Origin: Minisyncoccota bacterium
GTDB taxonomy: Bacteria > Patescibacteriota > Minisyncoccia > Minisyncoccales > JAGOPM01
Assembly (NCBI GenBank): GCA_041651395.1
Contig: JBAZJI010000001.1
Coordinates: 699,920-763,919, forward strand
Length of the DNA stretch: 64,000 nucleotides
Direction of reading: 5' to 3'
How positions within the stretch are numbered: position 1 is the first letter of the stretch; every line of letters starts with the position of its first letter. The notes below the pieces were generated by a model. The model ran no database searches. It worked only from the letters and a program-made list of their open reading frames with translations, and had not been told where the DNA came from. Below are positions 9,106 through 18,234 of this stretch, piece by piece. The translations under genes and the position numbers were made by a program.

Positions 9106-9489
9106 TTATTGGGCAAGTTTGTTCTTGAAATAATCGATGATGGGTTGATCCCCGGTAATGCAAGTCTTCTCCGCAGTCCACAAAAATGGCACGCCGATTC
9201 TCGTCACATCCATTTGGCAGCATTTAGCCGCCTCAGTAAGCATCTGGCGGTTGTTCTTATCGTTATAAACTTCTAATTCCTTAAAATTATACTTTTGCCG
9301 CACATTTTCCTCATCAAAATATTTTTCCACATTCTTGCAGTGTGGGCAGGTCACTCCATAAAAGAAAACCACACCCGGCGGTGGATTGCATTTGGCGTCT
9401 TTGGCTAGCTTACTTTGGTAAGCGATAAAGCCCATGATGCCAACAATAGCGGCAAAGCCAAAAATCGTATTTAATAATTTTCCATTCAT
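9106..9489 (-). CDS. Membrane-anchored thioredoxin-fold protein with DsbA-type CPHC active site
   Basis: N-terminal TM (LLNTIFGFAAIVGIMGFIAY). Then VVFFYGVTCPHCKNVEKY and a cis-Pro-like GVPFLW, which is the thioredoxin/glutaredoxin-fold pattern. Confidence 0.7.
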   Translation of the reverse strand: MNGKLLNTIFGFAAIVGIMGFIAYQSKLAKDAKCNPPPGVVFFYGVTCPHCKNVEKYFDEENVRQKYNFKELEVYNDKNNRQMLTEAAKCCQMDVTRIGVPFLWTAEKTCITGDQPIIDYFKNKLAQ

Positions 9490-9490
9490 A

Positions 9491-10021
9491 TTATTTTGGT
9501 ATGTTCATTAATGATCGCGAAAAGGCATTCCACTGCGCTAAAAATTTATAGCGCAAAAGTTTGATTACGGCTAAAAAATCCGCCAGCTCCTCTTTTTGCC
9601 CCTTGGGGCCGGAAAACACTTCCCAAGCTTCTTCGGCCAAAACTTCCCCATAGTGGTGCAGTATCTCGTATTGCCCCCTATCTTTGAAATATTGAAGCAG
9701 CCCGCCGATTTCCCCCTTATCTAACCACAGGCCCTCGCAAATTCGGCAAACATCCACCTTAATGCCTGAATCCCCATACTCAAAAGTATGCAAAGCCACC
9801 CGGCAATGCGGGCAAAGACGCCCGTCGGGCACCATGCGAGACTGCTTGGGGTCTTTCCAAAGGTCGGTTTCCATCCAGCGCATATCCAAATCATCTTTAG
9901 AGAAAACATTTTGCAATTCACCGATATCCAACCAATAACCGCCGCAATCCAAACAATAATCCACGGCAGTTTCGTGCATCGTGTATTTTTTTAATTCCGC
10001 TTTGCAGGTTGGGCATTTCAT
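9491..10021 (-). CDS. Zinc-ribbon protein with two TFIIB-type zinc-finger modules
   Basis: CPTCKAEL...CLDCGGYWLD and CPHCRVAL...CRICEGLWLD each fit the CxxC...CxxCxGxWLD pattern. The stop lies 1 nt from the next gene's start. Confidence 0.65.
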   Translation of the reverse strand: MKCPTCKAELKKYTMHETAVDYCLDCGGYWLDIGELQNVFSKDDLDMRWMETDLWKDPKQSRMVPDGRLCPHCRVALHTFEYGDSGIKVDVCRICEGLWLDKGEIGGLLQYFKDRGQYEILHHYGEVLAEEAWEVFSGPKGQKEELADFLAVIKLLRYKFLAQWNAFSRSLMNIPK

Positions 10022-10044
10022 AGCTTTCTTATATTAAACCAGAA

Positions 10045-10929
10045 TTACTCGCTTTTATCAAAATGGTTTTTCCCGTTCTCCAATAAAATCCTGGCCTCTT
10101 CATAGAGTTTACGCACAACGCTCTCGGGCATTCCCAATTGTTGCGCAAATTTCTCCGGATTATGTTCCAAAAATTCCTTGGCTAAATTTATCTTGTGATC
10201 AGAGAGCTCTTTGTCGTATTTGCGGTCAAAGGAGGGCAAAATGGTAGCCGGATAAAGCTTTTGCTCTTCTATCAAAGTTTCCAAACCAATAGCTTTAGGG
10301 TAATGCCAGCCCAAAAGCGAGATGCCTTTGGCTTCAGCATATTGGATTACCAAATTTGTAAATTGCACATTGGAAACTATCATTGGGCGCACTCTGCATC
10401 CCTTATATTCCTTGGATTTGAAAAATGCCCCATCCATAATGTCCAAAAACCTCGCGTAATTATAAAGCGCCACCTTCAAATCAATTTTATCATTAGCCAT
10501 CCAATGGTATTTGCACTCGCCCAACAAAACCTCCCGGCCCTTTCTGGCGATAAAATCTACTTCGTATTTAGGGATAATCTTTCCATCGAGACGCTGATTA
10601 ATTTGGACGTAATAACCCTCCCGCTCCAAAATCTCAGCTACAAATTTTTCAAAATTAAATCCCGTGGGCCCCAAACGGCGCATGGCTTCCTTGAGTGAAA
10701 ACTTAATCGAAGCCTTAAGCGACTGGGCTCGGAGCAAATATTTTACCTTTTCATAAATTTCTGAAGTGTTCATTCCCGAATGCGCCTCCTTCTCGATGGT
10801 TTGGGCTATCTTGATGGCCTGCTCCCGGCCCGCCCCGGCATTTTTGGCAGAAATGAATACTTTGCGCAAGGAAAAAGGTTCGACCTTGCCCGTTGATTTT
10901 ATGACGAAAATCCTGTTTTTTGTTGCCAT
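10045..10929 (-). CDS. ATP-cone domain fused to a PD-(D/E)xK (restriction-endonuclease-like) domain
   Basis: N-terminus VIKSTGKVEPFSLRKVFISAKNAG fits an ATP-cone. The C-terminal half has EVDFIARKGREVLLGECKY, a D...ExK nuclease core. Confidence 0.65.
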   Translation of the reverse strand: MATKNRIFVIKSTGKVEPFSLRKVFISAKNAGAGREQAIKIAQTIEKEAHSGMNTSEIYEKVKYLLRAQSLKASIKFSLKEAMRRLGPTGFNFEKFVAEILEREGYYVQINQRLDGKIIPKYEVDFIARKGREVLLGECKYHWMANDKIDLKVALYNYARFLDIMDGAFFKSKEYKGCRVRPMIVSNVQFTNLVIQYAEAKGISLLGWHYPKAIGLETLIEEQKLYPATILPSFDRKYDKELSDHKINLAKEFLEHNPEKFAQQLGMPESVVRKLYEEARILLENGKNHFDKSE

Positions 10930-12092
10930 AAAGTTTTGAATTCTATTGAATCGAGCTTTTTTTGCATCTTGGCTTTTTCCGCAGCACTGGCATTAAGCCT
11001 AGGAATAGCACGACGAAAAAATTTAATTGTATTGTCGTATGTATCCAAATCAACCGGAAACGGGATACCGTCTTTACCCCCGTGAGCAAAAGAATAGCGC
11101 GCCGGATCAGTATAGCTTGGTTTGGCACCGTAGATTACTTCGGAAACCAGTGACAAAGCCCGAATGGTTTTTGGCCCCACGCCGGCGATCTCCAAAATAT
11201 TGCGGTAATTCTCGGGTTTATAAGAGCATACCTTATAGAGTATCTTTTTCAAATAAGGACTTACCAAAAAATTTTGCGCCTCTACCGGATGGGAATAAAA
11301 ATCATGATCATGCAAATCGAGCTTTACTAATTGTTGCTGCCCGTCTGTGGCGCGGACAGTATCTACTAATTTATACGAATATTTATCGATTATCTTCAAA
11401 TCGCGCACCAAGGAATAATAATTACCATTGGCCATCTGCAAAGAAATATCGCGGTTTTTGTCGCTCTGATGCGAGGTTAAATCAAGCGTGGGCGCAACTA
11501 CCTGCGAAGCAATGCCAGTATGCGGCTCGACAATCAGATCGCTGGCCTTATCCGAATGCCAATGATAGCGGCGAGCCGTGGCATTGCCGGTATTCATACC
11601 CTGTTGAATAACTGCCCAGCTGCCAGACCGCGAAAAAACAAAACAATGATGGTAGATTTGATAACCGTCTTGGACCAAGCTCGAATCAACTTTGGCAGCC
11701 ATTTTGCTATTGTAGGCCAATGTGTCCAAGCTGCCATAAGGCAAGGAAAGGCGCTGCGCCCAATTATCGATTTCCTCGGGAACTTTAAGTGAAGTTTTGC
11801 CCTTACCTCCACAAATAAAAAATCCTAATTCGCGCTCATGCATCCTAATGGCGGATTTGAGCGCGGCAGTAAGCGTAGTAGTAAGGCCCGAAGCATTCCA
11901 ATCAAATGCCAAAACAGTGCCCAAAGACTGGAACCAAACCGGATCGGCCAAACGGCGGACCATTTCGTCTGGCCCGTACTCTTCTATAATCACTCTTATC
12001 ATTTCCCGACCAAGCTTTTCCATACGCGCAAAAAGCCAAGGGGGGCATTTCCCCGTATCCAGAGTAAATGTGGCTATGCCTTTAGAAATCAT
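10899..12092 (-). CDS. DUF763-family protein with C-terminal helix-hairpin-helix
   Basis: LDTGKCPPWLFARMEKLGREM, FDWNASGLTTT, ARRYHWHS and FAHGGKDGIPFPV match my recollection of DUF763. ILEIAGVGPKTIRAL is HhH-like. Start trimmed to ATG 12092 (1 nt after the tsaC stop). The 3' end overlaps the next gene by 31 nt. Confidence 0.55.
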   Translation of the reverse strand: MISKGIATFTLDTGKCPPWLFARMEKLGREMIRVIIEEYGPDEMVRRLADPVWFQSLGTVLAFDWNASGLTTTLTAALKSAIRMHERELGFFICGGKGKTSLKVPEEIDNWAQRLSLPYGSLDTLAYNSKMAAKVDSSLVQDGYQIYHHCFVFSRSGSWAVIQQGMNTGNATARRYHWHSDKASDLIVEPHTGIASQVVAPTLDLTSHQSDKNRDISLQMANGNYYSLVRDLKIIDKYSYKLVDTVRATDGQQQLVKLDLHDHDFYSHPVEAQNFLVSPYLKKILYKVCSYKPENYRNILEIAGVGPKTIRALSLVSEVIYGAKPSYTDPARYSFAHGGKDGIPFPVDLDTYDNTIKFFRRAIPRLNASAAEKAKMQKKLDSIEFKTLWQQKTGFSS

Positions 12093-12093
12093 G

Positions 12094-12684
12094 CTAGGGC
12101 GCGATGGCCTTATCAATTTTAACACTCCCTTGCCTTTTTACAAAAATCTTCTTGCCACGGATTTCAACCAAGGTTGATGGCGGATTATTAAGCTCCCCGC
12201 CACTGACATAAAAATCCACTTGGCGGGCAAAATATTCTTTGGCCTGCGCAATATTCTTGGAAGCCGGCTGCCCGCTTAAATTAGCCGAGGAACTGGCCAG
12301 CGGGCCGGTCTTTTTCAAAAGCTCAAGTAATTTATGGTTATGAGGCATCCGAAAAGCTAAAGATTTGCGCCCCCGATGCAAATAATAAAACCGCTTCTGT
12401 TTGCAAGGCAAAATAACCGAAATCTCTGCTGGCCAGATCTTGGATAAAATATTATGCGCGGTTTGGGAAAGCGGCACGCGGAATAAACTTAAATCGTGCA
12501 AAGAAGAAATTAAAATTACAAAAGGCTTATTAGAATCCCGGCCCTTAAGCTCATAAATGCGCTCCACGGCCTCGCTATGTTTGGCCGAGGCCACAATGCC
12601 ATAAACAGTATCGGTCGGAATAATTCCGACTGCGCCGTGCCTAATGTCGTTAATGAGTTCTTTTTTGTTCCGCGGAGAAACCAT
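12094..12684 (-). CDS. tsaC: L-threonylcarbamoyladenylate synthase (TsaC/YrdC/Sua5 family)
   Basis: GAVGIIPTDTVYGIVASA and SSSANLSGQP are YrdC-domain signatures. 196 aa. Confidence 0.85.
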   Translation of the reverse strand: MVSPRNKKELINDIRHGAVGIIPTDTVYGIVASAKHSEAVERIYELKGRDSNKPFVILISSLHDLSLFRVPLSQTAHNILSKIWPAEISVILPCKQKRFYYLHRGRKSLAFRMPHNHKLLELLKKTGPLASSSANLSGQPASKNIAQAKEYFARQVDFYVSGGELNNPPSTLVEIRGKKIFVKRQGSVKIDKAIAP

Positions 12685-12685
12685 A

Positions 12686-13831
12686 TTACAATTTGCCGTT
12701 TTTGATGTCCTTGCGCAAATTTTCTACCACAGTATTAAAGTAGAAAAGATTATGCAGAGTTAAAAACTTAAAAGCCGTAAGCTCTCTGGCGCGGAAGAGA
12801 TGGCACAAATAACTGCGGCTGTAAGTTTGGCAAACCGGGCATTTACAGTTTTTATCCAAGGGTTTTTGATCTTTAAGATATCTGGTTTTATCAATATCGA
12901 TGCGGCCCAAACTGGTAAAAACTGCGCCACGCCTTGCGTAATGCGTTGGCACGGTGCAATCAAAAGTATCAGCTCCGCCCTGGACGATTATTTTCATATC
13001 ATCGAGCTTGCCAATGCCCAAAAGGTGACGCGGCTTACGCTCGTCTAAATTCGGGATTACCCAATCCAAAACCTGCTTAGTTCCTTTTTTGCTCTCCCCT
13101 AAATCTCCACCAATACCAAAACCGGCCACATCCAGAGAACTGATAAATTTAGCCGATTCCTCGCGCAGATCCTTAAACTTAGAGCCCTGCACGATTCCGT
13201 AAAGCGCTTGGTCGGACTTTTTTGCTTTCACGCATTTGGTGGCCCAGTCATGGGTTTTAAGCATCGAATCTTTGGCATACTCATGATTAGAAAGTGTGGG
13301 CGTGCATTCGTCAAAAGCAAAAATAATATCAGCGCCCAGCCTCTCCTGGATACGGATAGACTCTTTGGGCCCTAAAAATAATTCACGGCCATCCAAATAA
13401 GAACGAAACCACACTCCGTCCTTGGTAATCTTCATGTTTTGTGGCTGCTGCCCTTTGGTGATTTCGGTCTTGGCTTTGTCCCATTCTTCCCGGAAAGTTT
13501 TACCCACGCCGTAGTCTTTGCCAAAGCCCAGGGAAAAAACTTGGAACCCACCCGAATCGGTCATTAGGGCGCCACCCCAATTCATAAATTTATGCAATTT
13601 GCCGGCCTTCTCCACTACCGCCTCACCGGGCCGGATATGCAAATGATAAGTGTTGCTAATCAAAATTTGCGATTTGGCAATTTTAACCTCTTCGCAAGTT
13701 AGCGCCTTGACCGTGGCTTGGGTAGCCACGCCCACCAAAGCCGGGGTCTCCACTTCCCCGTGGGGCGTTCTTAAAACGCCCAGCCTTGCTCTGGATTTTT
13801 TTGATTTTTTGAGAATTTTGAAATCTATCAT
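12686..13831 (-). CDS. tgt: tRNA-guanine transglycosylase (queuine tRNA-ribosyltransferase)
   Basis: RLGVLRTPHGEVETPALV, TDSGGFQV, AFDECT, LYGIVQG, FDCTVPT and the zinc site CKCPVC...H. Confidence 0.9.
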   Translation of the reverse strand: MIDFKILKKSKKSRARLGVLRTPHGEVETPALVGVATQATVKALTCEEVKIAKSQILISNTYHLHIRPGEAVVEKAGKLHKFMNWGGALMTDSGGFQVFSLGFGKDYGVGKTFREEWDKAKTEITKGQQPQNMKITKDGVWFRSYLDGRELFLGPKESIRIQERLGADIIFAFDECTPTLSNHEYAKDSMLKTHDWATKCVKAKKSDQALYGIVQGSKFKDLREESAKFISSLDVAGFGIGGDLGESKKGTKQVLDWVIPNLDERKPRHLLGIGKLDDMKIIVQGGADTFDCTVPTHYARRGAVFTSLGRIDIDKTRYLKDQKPLDKNCKCPVCQTYSRSYLCHLFRARELTAFKFLTLHNLFYFNTVVENLRKDIKNGKL

Positions 13832-13832
13832 T

Positions 13833-14465
13833 TTAGAATCGAAAATCGACCGTATCTCCTTTCTTTAACCCGAAAGCGTCACAGGTTCCGGCATTAAGCT
13901 CTAAAACAGCATCTACCGGCTCAGCTGGCTCAATAAACTTTGGCGGGGCAAAATATTTGGGATCAATGTTGCGGTCAATCTGCACTACTTTATTGCCTGC
14001 AATCCAAATAAAGTCAATGGGTATCTCCATACCCTTCATCCAAAAAGAATAACTGCTTCGCTTGTCAAAAATAAAAAGCATGCCCTGCTTTTCAGCTAAA
14101 CTTTGCCGCCCGGCCAGGCCCAAAGATTTTTCCGGGTCGGTTAAAGAAATCTCCACATCGAAAACTTCTTTCCCGACAACTAATTTTTTATAAGTATCCA
14201 GATTAATAGCTTCCGGCTCGCCGGCTACGGCTTGCGGCATTGCCGTTTGGACAACAGAGCGAACCGAGGCCTTAGGCAACTGCGCAACTCTTTTAAGCTC
14301 AAGAGGGCGGTTTTGGAACTGAGCGTAAAGGCTATGCGAATAAGCCTCAGCCATCTTTTCATTCTGGTTTTCCAGATAACGCAAAAAAGCGTGGAATCCC
14401 ATTTCACAAAATCCCAGAATTATCAAAGCGGGTAAAAAATATTTTATTATTTTCGGAATACCCAT
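13833..14465 (-). CDS. DUF192-domain protein with N-terminal TM anchor
   Basis: GLAGRQSLAEKQGMLFIFD...SFWMKGMEIPIDFIWI fits the DUF192 pattern. Abuts the flanking genes with 0-1 nt gaps. Confidence 0.65.
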   Translation of the reverse strand: MGIPKIIKYFLPALIILGFCEMGFHAFLRYLENQNEKMAEAYSHSLYAQFQNRPLELKRVAQLPKASVRSVVQTAMPQAVAGEPEAINLDTYKKLVVGKEVFDVEISLTDPEKSLGLAGRQSLAEKQGMLFIFDKRSSYSFWMKGMEIPIDFIWIAGNKVVQIDRNIDPKYFAPPKFIEPAEPVDAVLELNAGTCDAFGLKKGDTVDFRF

Positions 14466-15005
14466 TTATTTTTTTGCCAGATAGGTTTCGCCGTGGCCGG
14501 GCAGGATTTCCATTCCGGGTTTGATAATCCCCGAAATCAACTGCAAAGACTCTTTTATTTGGCTGTCGCTGCCGCCGGGTAAATCCGTTCTGCCTACCCC
14601 GTCGATGAATAAAAGATCCCCGGTAAAAAGTTTTTGTCCAACTTTTAAGCAAATGCTGCCCTGCGTATGGCCGGGCGTATGGATAACTTCTAAACTTTCA
14701 CTTCCGATTTTAATTATATCACCATTTTTCAAAAATCTGTCTGGGGAAAACTTCAAATATTTTTCCTCCTCCTGATGGATAAGGATTTGCGCTCCAAATT
14801 TGCGCTGCAAATCTAGCGCACAATCGGTATGATCAGTATGCCAGTGCGTCAAAATTATATATTTTGGCCTAGCCCCGGTTTTAGAAATTTCATTGACAAT
14901 ACGCTCCAGAGAACCACCCGGATCAATGATGGCCAACTCTTTTTCTGAGAATAATAAATAACAATTAGTGATTAATTCGCCAACAACCAAATGTCTTATT
15001 TCCAT
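14466..15005 (-). CDS. MBL-fold metallo-hydrolase
   Basis: LTHWHTDHTD (HxHxDH), a later HTPGHT, and the C-terminal GHG. Confidence 0.8.
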   Translation of the reverse strand: MEIRHLVVGELITNCYLLFSEKELAIIDPGGSLERIVNEISKTGARPKYIILTHWHTDHTDCALDLQRKFGAQILIHQEEEKYLKFSPDRFLKNGDIIKIGSESLEVIHTPGHTQGSICLKVGQKLFTGDLLFIDGVGRTDLPGGSDSQIKESLQLISGIIKPGMEILPGHGETYLAKK

Positions 15006-15241
15006 AATTTTTCTTGATTAATTATTTCTACTATTTTGGAAGGGGTGCGCGCCCCCTTTATCAAACGTATTTTATTTAACGGCACGCTTAAATGTTTGGC
15101 GAGGAGGCTCAAAACCGCCTCGTTGGCCAAACCGCGGCTGGCGGGCGCTTTTACATAAATCCAAAATTTATCCGCGCCCTTTTCGATAACTTCTTCTTTT
15201 TTACTATCCGGAAAAGCCTTAATTTTTAGAAACATAATCAA
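14996..15241 (-). CDS. YggU/DUF167 family protein
   Basis: 81 aa. VKAPASRGLANEAVLSLLAKHLSVPLNKIRLIKGARTPSKIVEI matches the YggU pattern. Confidence 0.7.
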   Translation of the reverse strand: MIMFLKIKAFPDSKKEEVIEKGADKFWIYVKAPASRGLANEAVLSLLAKHLSVPLNKIRLIKGARTPSKIVEIINQEKLWK

Positions 15242-15258
15242 ATTTCTTATTTATATTC

Positions 15259-15277
15259 GGATTTTGAAATTGATTTG
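15259..15277 (+). repeat. 19-nt exact repeat GGATTTTGAAATTGATTTG, copy 1
   Basis: Identical 19-mer at 26059-26077. Lies in the dinB-yggU intergenic gap. Confidence 0.8.
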
Positions 15278-15292
15278 GCATTCGTAATTTAG

Positions 15293-16390
15293 CTATTGTA
15301 ATTTCCCTACCCTCACTCCTACTAATCTTATCATTTTTTTCTTCGGGTTGTCTCGTTTGTCGAAAAATGGCATCAAAAGCTTGGTAATTTCGAATTCCAA
15401 ATCTTTTTGCGAGTTAAGCGGTGTCGCCAGTGTAATGCCACGGTCTTTTGTTTCAAAATCCAAAAAACGGACAGTCAAAGTTATGTGGGAAAATTTTTGA
15501 AAACCATCCTGCTTAAGCCGATAAATTATTTCCTCGCACATCAAAGATATCCGCTCGGCAATGAAGCGGAAGTTACGTGTATCTTTTTGGAAAGTTTCAC
15601 TAGCTCCAATGGTTTTTGCCTCATGCTCCGGCAACAACGGGCTTTCATCAAAGCCGCGTGCTTTATGATACATACTCTTGCCGAATTTGCCGAAAATAGC
15701 TTCCAAATTGTGTAAAGTCATTTTGCGCCGCAAATCCCTTATGGAAAGAATGCCTAAATCCTTCAGTTTTTCCTTAGTTTTGGGGCCAACTCCGGGTAGC
15801 TCGCCAACATCTAGCTTATCTAAAAAGGCCTGCACATCTTTTTCCTCCACTACGGTTAACCCATCGGGCTTATGCGCGCCCGAAGCTATTTTCGCTATCA
15901 ATTTATTTGGACCAATGCCGATAGAGCAAGTTAAACCCCGCTCCTCCCTGATGGCGCGTTTTATCTCCCGCGCCAAACCCGCTGCCGAAGAATAATTTTT
16001 AGCCGCGGACAAATCAAAATAAGCTTCGTCTACACTGCCCTGCTCCACTAAGGGGGAAAACCGGCGGAGAGTTTTCATGACCCGTTCGCTTTCCCGCTCA
16101 AGCTTAGGCATATCCACGGGCACAAAAAATGTTTTAATGCCGGTTTTTTTCTCGCCCTCTTGGGCGGAGCGCCAAGCAAAAGAAATCGGCATGCCCGAGT
16201 GGATACCAAATCGGCGCGCCACATAATTGGCTGTAGAAACCACACCCCGGCCCTGCCCGCCTTTCGGGTCAGAGCCCACTACCACGCCCAAGCCGCGCAA
16301 TTTTGGATTGTCACGCTCTTCCACGGCGGCGAAAAAAGCATCCATGTCTAAAAGGCCGATAATCATAACTTTAATAAATTGTATAACCAA
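15293..16390 (-). CDS. dinB: DNA polymerase IV (Y-family)
   Basis: LDMDAFFAAVEERDNP, SVDEAYFD and HhH-like GVGPKTKEKL. The true start may be the internal MIIGLLDMD at 16366. Confidence 0.9.
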   Translation of the reverse strand: MVIQFIKVMIIGLLDMDAFFAAVEERDNPKLRGLGVVVGSDPKGGQGRGVVSTANYVARRFGIHSGMPISFAWRSAQEGEKKTGIKTFFVPVDMPKLERESERVMKTLRRFSPLVEQGSVDEAYFDLSAAKNYSSAAGLAREIKRAIREERGLTCSIGIGPNKLIAKIASGAHKPDGLTVVEEKDVQAFLDKLDVGELPGVGPKTKEKLKDLGILSIRDLRRKMTLHNLEAIFGKFGKSMYHKARGFDESPLLPEHEAKTIGASETFQKDTRNFRFIAERISLMCEEIIYRLKQDGFQKFSHITLTVRFLDFETKDRGITLATPLNSQKDLEFEITKLLMPFFDKRDNPKKKMIRLVGVRVGKLQ

Positions 16391-16421
16391 AAGGCGGGGC
16401 CTAAAAGCCCCGCCTCCAATA

Positions 16422-16967
16422 TCACTTAATGAGCAACACGGTATCGGGCGTAATCTCGTTGACGTTCTTCATATTCTGGTTGCTAGTGACCGTCACCATG
16501 GCATTAGCCTTGATTTCGCCCATCGTAATCACCTTATTATAAAAAGGCATGGGCGCGGGTGTTTTGGTCTTGCGGGAAGTTTCCAATTCCTCATCAATCT
16601 GCTTTTGGTCTTTTTGGATTTGTTGCAAAATCCTCGTATTGGCACTGGTCTTCACTGTTTTGATTATGACGGTTTCGTTTTCAAACGGGTGGCGGCGGGA
16701 AATGGTAATTTTAAGCTTGAAAGTATCGCCGCTGACCGAATCAACAATGCCAGTATAGCTGAAAATTTCACTAGGCTCCGGAGCCACATTATAAACCTCT
16801 TGGACTTTTTTAACCCATTCGGCTTCTTTCTCTTGTGCCCCTTTTGTGTAGCCCTTGGCTAAACCATCCTTCATCCCATTGGCATTGCCAACAAGCATTC
16901 CCAACAAGAACGAACCGATTATCAAAGCGGCTATCACGATATAAAAAACGATGCTTTTATTTTCCAT
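16422..16967 (-). CDS. Hypothetical membrane-anchored protein
   Basis: 181-aa ORF with N-terminal TM IVFYIVIAALIIGSFLLGMLV. No motif recognised. Confidence 0.55.
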   Translation of the reverse strand: MENKSIVFYIVIAALIIGSFLLGMLVGNANGMKDGLAKGYTKGAQEKEAEWVKKVQEVYNVAPEPSEIFSYTGIVDSVSGDTFKLKITISRRHPFENETVIIKTVKTSANTRILQQIQKDQKQIDEELETSRKTKTPAPMPFYNKVITMGEIKANAMVTVTSNQNMKNVNEITPDTVLLIK

Positions 16968-17089
16968 TGTTTTTAGTTTTAAGTTTGCAAAATTAAAATT
17001 CCAAGAGAAAAGACTCTATAAAATTATACCACTGTAAAAATTCGCTGGCAATAATTGCGACAAATTATTTTTCCACAGAGCATTTTTCA

Positions 17090-17117
17090 TTGACTTCACG
17101 AAAACTCACCCTATAAT
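17090..17117 (+). promoter_or_regulatory. Sigma70-type promoter for the GNAT/KamA genes
   Basis: TTGACT-N16-TATAAT, about 20 nt before ATG 17138. Confidence 0.5.
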
Positions 17118-17137
17118 TTTATTAGACGGACAAAAAT

Positions 17138-18172
17138 ATGCCCGGACCGATTATGCTAAAAACTGCGGCTGGGGCGGTTTCCATTCTTGGAAAAAAATCT
17201 AGAAAAAAAATACGTAACACTCAAGAGCCAAAAAGCGGATCAGGCCCTTTTTTTATGTCCGAGAAAAAACCGGAAATTAATATTGTCAGTACGCTAAAAA
17301 AATGTGAAAAGCTCTGGCATGAATTTTCACCCAAGCGCACCCTCTTTGACACTTGGGAATTCCGCTTGGCCTTCCAAAAAGCCTATAAGTTCAAACCGTA
17401 TTTCATGGTTTTGAAAAAAGCCGGGCAAAATGTTGCCCTGCTGCCACTTTGCTACGACCAAGAGGATAAGCGCTATATTTGGTTCGGGACAAATTGGCAG
17501 GAAGAAGTTGATTTTTTCGCCGACAGCCCGGAGAGCGTCAAAATCCTTTTGGAAGCCTCCCCGAAGCCGCTGATTCTTGATGCGCTCTCCCCCAGCGTCA
17601 TTGCCTTAGACAAAAAAATCGAAGGCCTAGGCGAGGATGATCCCAAATACATTTTGGACTTAATAGGATTTTTACATCATGAAGATTATCTTAAAGGCAT
17701 AAAAAAGAACGATAGGCGCAACATGCGCAAAGACCGCAATCGCATCGAGAAAATGCGGCCCAAAATCGAGATAAACAAATTCAACGACCTTAAACACCTT
17801 ATTAAGCTATCAGAAGAGCGCTTTGCTAAAAAAGGAGAAGATACCGACTGGGAAGACCCGCGCCGTGTTCGTGCTTTCAAAAATGTCATCCTTCTTTCGG
17901 GCAAATCGTATCAAGCCAGAATGATCTCGATTCGAGTCGGCAAAAAAATAGCGGGTGTGGATTTGGTCTGCCTTTATAACGGCTGCTACTTTGCGGTCAA
18001 ATGCGGCTACGACTGCACGCGCTTTTCGGGAATTGGCAATTTTATGAACCTATTCGAAATCGATGATGCCATCAAACTGGGCATGCATCGAGTGGATTTC
18101 CTCCAAAGCTCCTATCAATGGAAAAACAAATTCTTTCAAAGCCTTCCCCTTTTCAAAATACATAAAATCTGA
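17138..18172 (+). CDS. GNAT-fold acyltransferase of the CelD/FemAB-like (Acetyltransf_6) type
   Basis: Basic linker KKNDRRNMRKDRNRIEK followed by ISIRVGKKIAGVDLVCLYNGCYFAVKCGYD, typical of the CelD/BioF2-like acetyltransferase domain. The N-terminal start is uncertain (ATG 17138 or MSEKK at 17255). Confidence 0.5.
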   Translation: MPGPIMLKTAAGAVSILGKKSRKKIRNTQEPKSGSGPFFMSEKKPEINIVSTLKKCEKLWHEFSPKRTLFDTWEFRLAFQKAYKFKPYFMVLKKAGQNVALLPLCYDQEDKRYIWFGTNWQEEVDFFADSPESVKILLEASPKPLILDALSPSVIALDKKIEGLGEDDPKYILDLIGFLHHEDYLKGIKKNDRRNMRKDRNRIEKMRPKIEINKFNDLKHLIKLSEERFAKKGEDTDWEDPRRVRAFKNVILLSGKSYQARMISIRVGKKIAGVDLVCLYNGCYFAVKCGYDCTRFSGIGNFMNLFEIDDAIKLGMHRVDFLQSSYQWKNKFFQSLPLFKIHKI

Positions 18173-18234
18173 TATAACTTAAACGAAACTAATTGCCAAA
18201 AAAAGGTTTCAAACGCCTTTTTTTGTTTTAGAAA

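Noticed and set aside
9104-9223. A 40-codon N-terminal extension of the CPVC membrane protein that overlaps the thioredoxin-fold gene.
   Set aside because: The extension is non-hydrophobic and overlaps the upstream CDS. The internal ATG 9103 lies 2 nt after that gene's stop and begins with a signal/TM-like sequence.
12686-13831. The Tgt homolog as a DpdA-like DNA 7-deazaguanine transglycosylase (a DNA modification system).
   Set aside because: The sequence shows the canonical bacterial tRNA-TGT motifs (DSGGFQ, FDEC, CxCxxC...H). No dpdB-K-like helicase or ATPase genes accompany it.
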